A stretch of DNA of 64,000 bases from Octopus vulgaris (GCA_951406725.2 OX597819.1:13268001-13332000); one strand, 5' to 3'. Positions 11,501 through 24,819 are shown, numbered from the stretch's first letter. Made by a program: numbers and translations. Notes: generated from the sequence alone by a model not told the origin.

Positions 11501-11678
11501 AGGCGCAGGAGTGGCTGTGTGGTAAGTAGCTTGTTTACCAACCACATGGTCCCGGGTTCAGTCCCACTGTGTGGCATCTTGGGCAAGTGTCTTCTGCTAT
11601 AGCCCCAGGCTGACCAATGCCTTGTGAGTGGATTTGGTAGACAGAAACTAAAAGAAGCCTGTCGTATATATGTATATA

Positions 11679-11715
<37 letters not shown>

Positions 11716-11941
11716 GTGTGTGTGTTTGTGTGTCTGTGTTTGTCCCCCTAGCATTGCTTGACAACCGATGCAGGTGTGTTTACGTCTCCGTAACTAGCGG
11801 TTCGGCAAAAGAGACCAATAGAGTAAGTACTGGGCTTACAAAGAATAAGTCCCGGGGTCGATTTGCTCGACTAAAGGCGGTGCTCCAGCATGGCCGCAGT
11901 CAAATGACTGAAACAAGTAAAAGAGTAAAGACTAAAAGAGA
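11501..11941 (+). mobile_element. SINE family A
   Basis: Full-length match to family A. Confidence 0.9.
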
Positions 11942-12232
11942 GATACCACTAATAAGCCCAGAATTGCTAAAGGCTTCTGGGAATCTTGTTGATCAATTTG
12001 TATATGTGATGCATTTTCAGCAAGTAGTTTGATTGGTAAATTACTGGTGCATTAACAATGTTTTGTCCTAATGCCCTGCTGTGCTGCAAAATGTATCTAT
12101 AAATTTTAGTCCATTCTTTAAGTGTAGGCTGATAGTAAGCTTATAAGTAGTATCTCCCTTGAGAGCTAATGAGGTTGCCCTGTCACTGATGAAATCCCAA
12201 CACAGGATTAAAACTATTTGAATTATATATAT

Positions 12233-12637
12233 AGGCGCAGGAGTGGCTGTGTGGTAAGTAGCTTGCTAACCAACCACATGGTTCCGGGTTCAGTCCCACT
12301 GCGTGGCATCTTGGGCAAGTGTCTTCTGCTATAGCCCCGGGCCGACCAATGCCTTGTGAGTGGATTTGGTAGATGGAAACTGAAAGAAGCCTGTCGTATA
12401 TATGTATATATATATATATATGTATGTGTGTTTGTTTGTGTGTCTGTGTTTGTCCCCCTAGCATTGCTTGACAACCGATGCTGGTGTGTTTATGTTCCCG
12501 TTACTTAGCGGTTTGGCAAAAGAGACCGATAGAATAAGTATTGGGCTTACAAAAAGAATAAGTCCCGGGGTCGAGTTACTCGATTAAAGGTGGTGCTCCA
12601 GCATGGCCACAGTCAAATGACTGAAACAAGTAAAAGA

Positions 12638-12639
<2 letters not shown>
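12233..12639 (+). mobile_element. SINE family A
   Basis: Full-length match, flanked by (TA)n. Confidence 0.9.
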
Positions 12640-12680
<41 letters not shown>

Positions 12681-14031
12681 ATTCAAGTATTTAACCACAT
12701 AAATATGCCAAATAGATGACTTTTTTAATTATGAAAGTCTTATTGAAACCTTCAGTTTAAATTAATCATTTCTGGTTAGAAGTTGGTAACGGAATATTTT
12801 ACTTTATAACAATAATGGAAACTGAATTTTATTAAAATTCCTACAATTCCACAAAGTGGACTGGAAACAGCAGGAAATAGTGCTGGCATATGAATTATTA
12901 AAAGTGATGCATGTAAATATTTTGAAGTGTTGTTACGAAGGAAGGAAATTCTGGTCCTGAACAGGCATGGAAATGGAAGGGAGTGTTAAATTATTAATGG
13001 TGGAACTGTGAATTATTAAACTTGATATTTATAAGACATTCACTGTCTGCTTACAGAGTCATAAGTCATGGAGGAAAAAAAGGGGGGGGGAAGTTTCAAA
13101 AAGTAAACAAACAAATACACACACACACTTATATACATAAATACACATATATCTACTTGTATACACCCATGCACTTATATAAGTACTCCAAATTGTCTCT
13201 AGGGCTAAAACTATACAGACTGAGCTGTCACTTACATTTTGCTTATCTGCCATCATCACTCCTACACTTCACCAATTTTGCTTCTCCACTTCCCCCATCG
13301 TCGTTATTTCCAAAATTCAATGGGGATTGAAAGGACAATTGTCAACACTCTCTAAAAGTGCCATTTTTTTTAATGTATAATATAGAATTCTTTTGTGTAA
13401 AAGAAACTAAATTTGGCTTAAGACAAAAATGCTCCCATTATTCACAACCCATAGAACATTCTTTCTTCTAGTCCTTTCCATACGACATTGTACCAGTTCT
13501 ACTCTTGAACCCCTCATTTAAACAGGCATATGATTACACTAGGGCTCACTTGATAATTTTTGCCTTATTTTAAAGTATTGTTTTAATTAATTATCATATT
13601 CTTAATTTGCCTTTACTCAGATTATTTAATGTCTTTTTTTTTAATTAATTTTTCAGTGCATTGCTAATTGGATTCTATTATTTAATAAACTTTGTTTTTA
13701 GAGGTCTTTGATTATGTTTAGTGTAAGACTAATCCTAAAAGTTTACAGAATTCCATTTGTAAAAAATCTGTCTCGAATTCAAATATAAAATGAATGTATT
13801 TTCTCTTTTTGATCTTTTTTGGATGATGTTAAAGGGTCAGTTTGAAAATCCTTATTTTTGACAAAACCCTTTTGTGTTCTGTTTCTTATGATTTTGGCAG
13901 TGGAAACATAACTTAAAGAATTTAGCAAGTAGCACTACCATCATAGACTCATCATTTTATCTTTTTTTTTTATTGACATTTTTTGTAAATAATTAAAAGT
14001 TACTTATTTTTAAAAATTTCTTTCCTTTTAG

Positions 14032-17000
14032 ACTGGTACACTGATCAACCGCAGAAGAGGCCAGACAAATGTTACACCAACTGTTGATCCTGATTCTGTT
14101 TTTGATGACAAATATGCTAGTAATAATTCTCTTCCAAGAAAGGACAGTGACACCTACAAGCGTGCAATGAGTTTTCGAATTGCTAACATAGAAAACCCCA
14201 TTAATATCCCTGACCCACCAAAAGATGAACTTGCAGAAAATACTGAATTACTCAGCAGTGTACAAAGTACACCAGCTCGGCTGCACAGCCAGTCAAGCGT
14301 TACATCTGAACAACCATCCGAAGATGGGGAAACGGAGTTGAATACCAAATATTCCAGCATGCCCTCACTGTCTGAGAGAAGGCACAGACTGTTACACGGC
14401 TCAGATGCATCCTCTGTTCAGTCCCTTGTACAAACTTGTCAACAAACTCAGGGTAAATGTGATAAAGGTCCATCAACCTCTGCTAAAGCTGCTACAAATC
14501 AAGGCAAACAAATTAAGAAATCTTTCAAGAATGTTCTTCCTCTTTTACGCCAAGCTAAGAGGTCTGGACTTTTGCCTAATATTCCATTCAAACAAGTGCA
14601 AGAAACTGGAGGTAAAACTCGTCGCTCTTCAGATCCTCCCAAATCACAAGCAGATCCTTGGATCAAAAAGTCAATACAGCCCAGCTGCAGTCAAATTGAG
14701 GTTTCTACTTATTCCAATCGAAGATCTCAACTAGAAAGCCCAAATTATAAGAATCTATCTCGAGAGAGCTTGGATTGGCTTGTTTACTTAAACCGAAGTT
14801 CTCTACCCCCAAATAAATATCTCCCTTCTGTTTTGAAAGGCCAAAATGGCAGCCAGTCATCTTATCAAGACATGCCCCGCTATGCTACATTTCCAAGAGG
14901 TATGTCTTCCCCGGCAGAAATGTCCAAATCCTACTCCCAGCAATCTGTCGAAGACAATGATATATCTTTCATGTCTGGGTCAGTGTCGGCCCCATTGATT
15001 AGGCGTATGTCTTACCAACATGACCTCATTCCTCCAACATCACCTGAACAAATAGCTGAAAGTGAACGGATGTTAAAGGAAATGGAAGATTACATGAGAA
15101 AGGAAAATAATGACAGCAAAATGGCCAAGTTTCCTATGCAAGCTGTGTCCTCAGCACCAGACAATTCTGATAAAGATGACGTTCCACAGCAGACACTCAG
15201 CAGACAAGCATCACAGTCATCAATTCTCTCTGATTCTTCACACAGTAGCTATGAAAGCAATCTGGGATCCAATGAAAGTCTTGTGTCAAGAATCCAAAGT
15301 TTCCCTGCTCGTGTTGCAAGCTGGAAGGCTGCCATGGCAAAGAATCCCCCCGTTGTCTCCACATCCCCATCATTCCCCAGTAAGAAACTTGTCTCATCAA
15401 TATCTTTACCCTCCTCCCCACTTCCACAAGATGATAATGTATCATTTTCTCATTATTTTGATTCTGACAAGAACCATTGTCCTTCTCCTCCACCATATCT
15501 AGAAACTAGAATTAGTTGCTCATCACCAACAGATGGCTCTGTCTTTAGAAACAGCGCATCACCTCTCACATTTTATCCGCCTTCTCCTCGGATAAGCAAT
15601 GCCTCAGCATCTCTTCGTTCTTCTCCTGTTTTCGATTCTAGTTCTACATCTTCAACTGCAGAGAAAGCAGCTGAAGCTGCCACTAGTTATCCTCGTAAAA
15701 GTCTGACTCATTTAGCCCCCTCATATACGTGGTCAGGAGCTTACAACAGACACATGTTTGCTGAGCCGTATCGTTCACCAATCAAAAAACACTGTGTCAC
15801 TAATTCCCCTCCCCCTCGACGTAAAATGGGCAGTGCCTTAGTTCTTCCAATATTCTCATCTCCTACAATCCGTCGTTCCCCTTCACCTCAGCCATCAAAT
15901 TCTGGTACTATTGAACCATTAATAGAAGTTCCTTCTCCCCAAAACGATGAAGAATTTGATGAATCTGTCGAAGATACTCTCTCCTCAACCACAGAAACAG
16001 AAACTCCTACAATTTCCCAAACGACTGTCATTGCCGAAGAGAACGAACCTTTGTCTGCAGACAGCTGTGACTCACCCACAGAAAATTCAGTAGAGGAGCA
16101 TCCAGTAACATCACCCATTAGTAACCCACCAAACGAAACTTTAGAGGAGAAAGTTGATCATTCTGCAAATGATCAATTCTCATCAAAACCTTCTAATACA
16201 CCTTTACCTCCTGCAATTCTTCAAGACAGCAATGCTCCTATTAAAGATGATGCTAATTGCTTTTCTTGCAAAAAATCTGATCAACACAAATTCTTTTCTC
16301 CTGGCAGTTCTCTGCCCTGTCTTAGTAATCATTCTTCTGATAGTTTCCATTTGTCAGTTCCAGCTTGTAAAAGTAATTCCAGTAGTTTGAGCAGATTAAA
16401 TGAAGTAGATTTAAAGCGGTTTAATTCTTTGCAAAATTGTTCGGCAATGAATTTTGATAGACAAGTCAAACATCCCAACTTAAAACTTGAACGCAATTTG
16501 AGTTTAGCTTCCTTACTTGATAGCCAGCATGACCTCAAGAATCAGAGAAACCAAAGAAAGAAATATGAACGCTGGAATTCACTCAATGCTCTTCATAACC
16601 CTACATCGTTGAATACACCAGACATTTCATTGTGGCAACGACAAGAGCAAGATGATGTTTTTGAGAAGTCTTCTGGATCTCATGGAAACCTCAATGATAT
16701 GTCTGGTAAAGAATTAAAGAGAGATCTGTGTTTGACACCATCGGATTCAGCTCTTTCAATGCAAAGTGAAAATCTTGGGCAAGTTTCAAAGAACCAAGAT
16801 CATTTCTCCATCAACCGACACAGTACTTCTGAGTGTTCTTCTCTTTCTTTAGACACTCTTGATTCCACTGACATGTGTAGGGACTCTGCAATTTATTGTG
16901 ATATTGAACTGGAAGCAAGCCCTGTCCTGGAGTGTCCATTACCACCAAAATCTTCCATTAAAGAGTATGTTCAGTATTTAGAAGAAAAAAATAAAACCGA

Positions 17001-17382
17001 CAGTTCCCCTAGGGTGAAAGGAATGAAAAAAAGAGCACCAAGCCAGATGATTCGGCAGCGTCTGCACAGTCTGCAAGAGAATTCCAAGTACAAGACTTCT
17101 CGAGCCAAAAAAGAACCAGAAGAATTTAAGGAACTCTCAAAAGTAAGTGTATCTGTGACGGAGAACAAACTTTTGCTAAGCTCTAAGAAGCCGACTTGTG
17201 TAAAGGATGATAGTTGCAAAGAACTTTATAAAATTTGTTCCCGTTTACCAATGGATTCCGACATGGGCCGAGGTGCGCATTCGTTAGGTAGCCTTGATCA
17301 ACTCAAATGTAATTCCAATTACCAATTAAATTCAAGAGGGTGGGTCAAAAAGCTAGTAATCAAATTCCAAGCTGACCAATAA
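14032..17382 (+). CDS. Large terminal coding exon (1116 aa, Ser/Pro-rich, probably disordered); possibly a PLEKHG1/2/3-like RhoGEF tail
   Basis: Acceptor TTTCCTTTTAG ends at 14031. The frame is open from 14032 (TGTLINRRRG...) into the 1071-aa ORF, stop TAA at 17380-17382, then an AT-rich 3' UTR with AATAAA near 17528. The family guess rests only on the C-terminal GWVKKLVIKFQ. Confidence 0.9.
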   Translation, partial: TGTLINRRRGQTNVTPTVDPDSVFDDKYASNNSLPRKDSDTYKRAMSFRIANIENPINIPDPPKDELAENTELLSSVQSTPARLHSQSSVTSEQPSEDGETELNTKYSSMPSLSERRHRLLHGSDASSVQSLVQTCQQTQGKCDKGPSTSAKAATNQGKQIKKSFKNVLPLLRQAKRSGLLPNIPFKQVQETGGKTRRSSDPPKSQADPWIKKSIQPSCSQIEVSTYSNRRSQLESPNYKNLSRESLDWLVYLNRSSLPPNKYLPSVLKGQNGSQSSYQDMPRYATFPRGMSSPAEMSKSYSQQSVEDNDISFMSGSVSAPLIRRMSYQHDLIPPTSPEQIAESERMLKEMEDYMRKENNDSKMAKFPMQAVSSAPDNSDKDDVPQQTLSRQASQSSILSDSSHSSYESNLGSNESLVSRIQSFPARVASWKAAMAKNPPVVSTSPSFPSKKLVSSISLPSSPLPQDDNVSFSHYFDSDKNHCPSPPPYLETRISCSSPTDGSVFRNSASPLTFYPPSPRISNASASLRSSPVFDSSSTSSTAEKAAEAATSYPRKSLTHLAPSYTWSGAYNRHMFAEPYRSPIKKHCVTNSPPPRRKMGSALVLPIFSSPTIRRSPSPQPSNSGTIEPLIEVPSPQNDEEFDESVEDTLSSTTETETPTISQTTVIAEENEPLSADSCDSPTENSVEEHPVTSPISNPPNETLEEKVDHSANDQFSSKPSNTPLPPAILQDSNAPIKDDANCFSCKKSDQHKFFSPGSSLPCLSNHSSDSFHLSVPACKSNSSSLSRLNEVDLKRFNSLQNCSAMNFDRQVKHPNLKLERNLSLASLLDSQHDLKNQRNQRKKYERWNSLNALHNPTSLNTPDISLWQRQEQDDVFEKSSGSHGNLNDMSGKELKRDLCLTPSDSALSMQSENLGQVSKNQDHFSINRHSTSECSSLSLDTLDSTDMCRDSAIYCDIELEASPVLECPLPPKSSIKEYVQYLEEKNKTDSSPRVKGMKKRAPSQMIRQRLHSLQENSKYKTSRAKKEPEEFKELSKVSVSVTENKLLLSSKKPTCVKDDSCKELYKICSRLPMDSDMGRGAHSLGSLDQLKCNSNYQLNSRGWVKKLVIKFQADQ

Positions 17383-19239
17383 TAGAGTCCAGATGTGATA
17401 AACCTAAATAAGTCTTTTTTTTTTTTTTTGAAACCCTGCCCACCCCTTTCCCAATAACGGAGCACTTCCGGGTGCTGAGCTTGTATGTTAAACCTGTTCT
17501 GTTGATTTTAGATGTACTTTATAAAAAAATAAAGATGGAAATTTGTTTTTTTTTTTTTTAATGTGAACCAGTCTATGTCTTTGGTTGAAAATATAATGCT
17601 TCTTTGTTACAACTGATGTTGCCACAAAATTAAATTGTTTTAAACTTGTTATCTAAAATAGTTGTTGTAACCATATTCCAGCAACATTATTTGTAGAAGA
17701 CCTTGTAAAGATCCCAGCTTGCTGGTTTGGGTATTCAGAGACTAAAAATTAAGCTGAACTTATCTTCCAATAGAGTAGAATGTATTAATTAATAATTGTT
17801 GCATTTTATAGTTGGAACTAGGATTTATTTAATACAAAGTTTTCATTTTTGTCTATTAAGAAGGAAACAATAATATCGACTCATTGGTTCATAGTGTTAA
17901 AACCTAAGTACATTTACTCACCCTTACACTCTGTAGATAAATTCTGGATGTGTGTTGTGGTTGAGGTCCCAGTTTGGCCATGATTGAGCAGGGCAAAAGC
18001 AGTTTAGCCTCAACAACAGAATCTTTATTTCAGGTATTGTATGTTAGATATTACATTATCCAGTATAGTATTAAGGTGAAACTTAATGAAATTTGACTGC
18101 TATTTCTAGCAGCTTGATTGACTATGCACAGGTGCTGTTGTTGATTTTGTATGCTCAGAATTATAAGGAAGTGTAACTAAATATTCAAACCTTTTCCATC
18201 GGTTGTATTTCTAAATATTGACTAATACACAATTATGTTTAATTTGTTACCAAGAATTTTTAATTTGAAGAATTTACCTTTTTTTTTTAATTGCAATTTA
18301 ATTTATTAGATTGCTTTTGTGTTTCCAATATTTTATCAAATTTTTTAGTTAAGATTTCATAAATATTGACGTAAAATATCTGGTGGTATGCAACACCTTT
18401 GTTAAGAATTTCATTTATTATTTAATAACAGTTTCATTTGCTCCACAAAGTCTTGTGGGTGTGTAGGACAGGTTTATCTCATCAGCTGCTAGGTGAAGAG
18501 TTGTCTCCTTCAACCTAATGAAATGGACTGGCCTACACTTCTATGAAACTTTAAGTCATGTGGAGTTGAGTCAAACTGTTATTAAATAATATATATGACT
18601 ATATATACATGAAGGCACATGACCTAGTGGTTAGGGTATTGCATTCATGATGGCTAGATTGTGGGTTCAGTTTCTGGACTGGGCAGCATGTTGTGTTCTT
18701 GTGCAACACAATTCTTTTGACATTGCTCCAGTTCATTCATCTGTTATTGGGTAACGCTGCAATGGATGAACCAGCAGGGTACCATCAACTAAAAGCTAAA
18801 ACTATCCCACATGCATTGTGACCAGCAACGCAACGTATGACAACATCAGATAGTCTTGTCGGTCATGTAATATATATGTATATTGTGTACATGCATGGAC
18901 AGACTCAGGCATGACCGAGCGCTTAAGAAATTCATTCCACAATCAATAACTGGATCCAGTCTTACCATATACAGCATCTTTAGCAAGTTCGTTTTTACCA
19001 AACCCCCTGGTTGATCTAAGTCTTGTGAGTTGGGGTTGCGGAAACCTGTAGAAGCCCATAGAATGGGTGGATTGTGTATATGATTTAAAGAACCAGCAGC
19101 TTGAACATAGATTCGTTCATGTTGAGAATCTGCTAATGGTTCAAAGGTTTGTGTCTGAGGGGTGCTCAGCAATTTTGACTATAACAAAATAAATGGTCCA
19201 CTAAACAACTGAAACACTTAGCATTGAAATCAACTGCAA

Positions 19240-19326
<87 letters not shown>

Positions 19327-20200
19327 GTAATGTATACACACACGCACATACAACTGTGTCTGTACATTTTGTACATGTGTGTGTGTGAGTGTCTGGTAGG
19401 GACACCGTATCTCCTTATGCAACCACGATATACTATTAAGTATATTGAAGACTTGTAAGTCAATAGTGTGTCCTACCTGTGTTAGCAGTGCAATTAAATC
19501 TCTTTATATAAAGTTATCTCTACTGATTTTCTGTAGAAATTAGAGCCAGCATGAAAGTCACAATGTTTCATTTATGTAAACAGTGCAATCGAAGATAAAC
19601 ATCTTAACTTCCAGTGCTGGTTCCAATTTCTATAGAAAACCTATAAAAATAACTTTAAAAAAGTGATATATATATATGTATGTATATATGATGTAAGATA
19701 AGTTAGAGTTGGATAAACATCTCGGTGTATTCCTTAAACAGCACTCAATACAAACTCCGGTCTGTCAACACTTTAAAACTGGTATTTAAACAAGTCCATT
19801 GGTGCAGGAACTCCAAGTACTTAGCACTGATGTAATTAGTATGTAAATATTGCGTAGAGTAATATGGGAAACAATGAAGAAGATGAAGATAATAATATGG
19901 CATTGGTTTAATGGTTATGGCCGTTGCAGTACAATTCCACTTCAAAGCACATTAAATATAAATGATTATATGCGATTAGTTACACAAAACTTGTATAAAT
20001 TTATCCATAGTTGAATAATGTGAAGTGGCACCTCGTCATACACTTACGCTGAAATCTTACTGTTGTACAGGATATCATATGTAATCATTTATACGTAATG
20101 TGATTTGAAGTGAAATGCGGCCGAAGCACTTGTAACAGATATCGAACCCATGCCATATTGATATCTTCTTTCTTGTCATATATATATATATATATATATA

Positions 20201-20430
20201 CTTTATTTAAAGCAGCAGAAAATTCAACAAAACCTGTTACTCTGAGTTTCCTGTTGCCGTTCATCGGACAGTTTTTGCTAGAAAACTGTCCAATGAACAG
20301 CAACGGAAAACTCAGAGCAACAGGTTTTGTTGAATTTTCTGCTGCTTTAAATAAAGCATATTACTCTACCACTGGTATTTGAGTACTCTTTTTTCCACCT
20401 TGTTTCACATTTATGTGTTTACTCCGGTAT
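20201..20430. repeat. Fold-back element (75-bp arms plus one-sided extension) with hammerhead-like motif
   Basis: Arms 20201-20275 and 20282-20356. The minus arm reads CTGT-CCGATGA-ACGGCAACAG-GAAACTCAGAGTA-ACAG. Embedded in (TA)n. Confidence 0.75.
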
Positions 20431-23400
20431 ATATATATGTATGTATGTATGTGTGTGTGTGTATGTATAAAATACAAGGTATAAGTAATGGACATTGTAT
20501 ATTCCTTTATTGCAGTAAAATTCGACTTATAGTTGTTTCTGATAATCATTATAGGTTTCTCCATTGATTGGTTTACTTAATCGGTCTGAGAAAAAATGAA
20601 TGACCTTAAAGAACTAATACTATCCCCACCAGAATCAGAATATATATATATGTATGTAAGTAAAAAAAATGAACTCTATATATTTTAGCAAATGGCTACT
20701 TCATATGTATACTACCACCTTCTGTTAAACAATGATATAATTATGAAAATATTTTCTTCAAAATGTCTTTATTGTGCTGCTGTATATTTATTGTTGGTTT
20801 TTGTTTTTTTTTATGAATTAAACTCCTCAACTTAATTCTCCTGAAATTAACAATTATTTCTGAAGAAGCTGAGAAATCTCTTTCTTAAAGACCCCCCATC
20901 ACCATTACACCGTCTCTCTCTCTCTCTCTAGCTGGTACACTTGTTATTTTCCTCCTTTCACAAGTAGTTACTTAATGAAGTATCATTCATGCCATCTTGT
21001 ATCAACCAGTTTTGACACTTGCCTCTTAGTGACTCACTCCAGTTTTGTGATGAACAGGGATCACTGAATGCGTTGGTGGTACAAACAACAGCTGTGGCTG
21101 TACGTACATTGTGGTTGGTGACTTGTTTTGATAGTTTGTAATCCTGAGTTCAATCTTATAACCCTCGATCACAACTGAATTAATTTAAACTCTAGCTTCC
21201 ATTTCAACCATTTCTGTTAATACCACTTAAATATTTTTTTTTTTGAAAAAAATGAATCAGTATTATTTGTGAATTGATAAAATGTCAGCATGACAGTCTC
21301 TATTTAAACAATATTTTGGAATGTTAAAATGCCATCTTCATCTTCTTCGGCTTTCCTAAACCTCTCTTCTATGTCTTCTCTTGATACCAAATGATTCCTC
21401 TCCTTTTCGGTTGATGTCTTACCAAGCAATCTATATATTTTCAGTGTCATTGCTGACGATGTTGTTTAGCTCCAGTTTAACCCTGATTAAGCAGACCTAT
21501 GATCAAAGGTATTCAAGATGTGACCGGACTGTCTTTTTGCTATATATGTAGAACTATATTCTTCTGTTTCTTTGACTTCTTCTGTTACCATTTTTCTGTT
21601 GAAACTAATGAAGAATTAAAATATTTTTGTCTTAAGTAAACTGGAGTTTTGGATTTTAAACTAAGAAACTTTGGATGTAAGATTTTAATTTAGATCACTT
21701 TAAAAAAGAGTATATGTGTCTTAGAAGTAGGAACTGTTTCAGGAAAGTTGATAATGAAAGCTTTTAGATGGTAGGGGCTGATTTGGTTGTTGTTTCTAGC
21801 AAGTTGATTGACCACATAGAAGCTCTGTCTATGACTCGTTTTCAGCAGTGTTGTATAAAATACAAGAAATTCATTCGACTCAATGTGTATGAGTTTCAAT
21901 CAGTGAAATTGAAATATTACAGAGGAACATTTAACACCTTTACACACAAACCTCCTCTTGTTGGTTACAAAAAAAAAAACAAAAAAAACAATATATTATG
22001 TTTGGGTGTAGAAATAGCAGAGAAAAAGAAAAGGATATTTGTGGGAGTTAGTGAAGTGATTAAGCTGGTTATTCACTCCATCACTTTCTGTGAATGACCC
22101 TGCTTTTGTAGAAGTCATTCAGGTGATAAAAATGGGAAAGAATCCGGATAAGAAATAATGGTGTGGATCATCAACAAAGAAATATGTATTCCTTTTGCTG
22201 GTTTCACTCATTGGATTGCAGCCATGCTTCAGTAACCACCTTCAAGCACATTTTATAGTTGACAATAGTGACACTAGTAATTGGATTGTTTTGGTGATCT
22301 TGCAAGACAAATATTGCAACCAGAGCCTGAAGGGAGGCGACTGAGATGCAGTGGGGAGAGGGGGGGACACCCGGAAGTCATTTGCATTTGGTAGGGTTTT
22401 GTTTGCCATCTGACACTTCGTCTGATTATATATGAAAAAATAGGTGTGGTTCAGAAGTTTGCTTCCCAGCCATGTGTTTTGGGTTCACTTTCACTGCAGG
22501 GGCAAGTGTCTTCTTCTATCGCTCTCGGCTGACCAAAGCCTTGTGAGTGAATCTGACGAATGGAAACTGAAAAAAGCCCACCATTTATGTGTGTTTGTGT
22601 GTATCCCTGTCTTGACATCACAGGATGGTTGTAAATGAGCATCACCATTATAAAAGTGGTGTGGTTTGCTTCCAGTCTTCCATGGAAAATGCATCCGGCT
22701 ATGAGATGCAAACACGGAAAAGTGGATGTAAAATCATGGTACACACAGACACATTCACTGGTTTTAGTCATTCAACCATGACATTAAATGAAGCACTACC
22801 TTCAAAGGTTTTAGCCAAAACAGTCCCTGTACTTATTTCATGAAAATAATGTGGTCTGATGGTCGAGGTGCTGTGCTCACAATCGCAAGGTAGTAGTTTT
22901 GATTTTCAGACCAGGCAGTTGTATTCTTGAGCAAAACGCTTCATCTCACCATGTTCTACATCTGGTATGTGGCCGTGCCCCTGTCTGTAGGGGCAATGCT
23001 GACCGAATGGAGGAAGTGAGTGAATGTACAGCAGAAGCGTTTGATCACTGTAAGCAAAACGTGTGTAGGTTGTTCGGCAGGAATTTGCTGAGCCCTTGTC
23101 CATCGTCTCTAACAGAAGAGTCCACAATACGTACATTGGAAATCATTTTGCAGTATCAGCCACCAGAGTATCCTATATTGGACATTAAACCATCGAATCC
23201 TTGTTAATCTAAACCTTGATTTTCTTAGTCTTTTCGAACAATTTCCCGATATGTTTAGATTGCAGGAAGATACTCTGATGCACGTTCAGTTTTGAATTCT
23301 TTCAGTTTCTAGAAACCAGAAACCAGCTTTATTGTTTGTGATGGGAAATAATACTTGTGATGGTTGGCAGAATTGGTAGAGTATCACATTAAGATGTCTT

Positions 23401-24161
23401 GTTTTATTTAGTTACATTCTAAGTTCAAATCCCAGCAAAACCTGCTCATCTTTTTGAAGCAGATAAAAATAGATACCAGTCATATAATGAGTCAGTATAG
23501 CACAGTCTTGATGATATTTCTAATTAAATACAATGATGGAGATTCTTCCTTGATGTCTGCTGTGGCATTTGGCAAATGTCTTTAAATTTTAGTTTAGAAT
23601 ACAAAATGGCTTCGGAGAGTAACAGCCAACAGCAACTTTAATCTTAGTCTTTCTTTAAGTAACATCTTTGTTTGTAAAGACATGCTTAAGGGATGAGAAA
23701 ATTACGAATGAACTAATGAGGGAATATGTTGTCTGGAAGCTTGACCACAAGAAATAGGAGCCAAATTGCTCTCTTGGAAGGACACAGATAATGTAGTTGA
23801 ATAGATCCACTATGTCTGAATAAAAGATGACATGGCCTCATCTGGAATGTCCTTTGATCATAGGTCTGTTCTATCAGGACTGACCTGAAGCTAAACATCA
23901 ATAACCCAAACAAGGAGGTCGCTATGTGGCTGCTCAAATTGCTAGAAATAGCAACCTAATCTTACCATCTTATAAAAGGGAAGGAAGATATATTAGATAA
24001 TGAAGTCCTTTTATGCACAATGTCTGTATACATCAGAATGTTCATAGTTAGAACATCCCTTTGATAATAGGGATAATCTTCACCACCACCACCATCACAG
24101 CAGCATTCATTCCTGAAGCAATATTAGTGGATGTCAAAGAGAACCGATTTGAATCAAGAGG

Positions 24162-24632
24162 TTATATATTTAAGAGATGAGGAATTATGTACATTATTTA
24201 CATTTGACAGATATTTGTCCTCATCTTGTTTGTTATTAACGCAATGTTTCGGCTGATATACCTTCCAGCCTTCATCAGGTGTCTTGGGGAAATTTCGAAC
24301 CTGGGTTCTCACTCCTAAGGTATTTTTCCAATGTTGTTGTTATTATCATTCAGGTCACTGCCTGGAATTGAACTCAGAATCTTGGAGTAAGTGCACAGGC
24401 TACTAACCCCAAGATTCCAAGTTTGATTCCAGGCAGTACACCTGAATAATAATAATAATAATAATAATGATGATGAAGATGACGACGACGATGACAGAAA
24501 AATACTTTAGGAATGAGAACCCAGGTTTGAAATTTCCCTAGGACGCCTGATGAGGGCTGGAGAGTACATCAGCCAAAACGTGTTAACAACAAACAAGATG
24601 AGGACAAATTTCCGTCATGTGTAAATAATGTA
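24162..24632. mobile_element. Second head-to-head tRNA-head/hammerhead element
   Basis: Same family as 7281-7740. AGGTTATATATT is repeated at 24159-24170 and 24632-24643. Confidence 0.75.
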
Positions 24633-24819
24633 GGTTATATATTGTATAAAATGACCAGAGTAAGATATTTAGGAAATAACATTTGTGATGGTTGGCAGAA
24701 TTGGTAGAGCATCACATTAAAATGTCTTGTTTTATTTTGTTACATTCTAAGTTCAAATCCCAGCAAAACATGCTCATCTTTTTGAAGCTGATAAAAATAG
24801 ATACCAGTCATATAATGAG

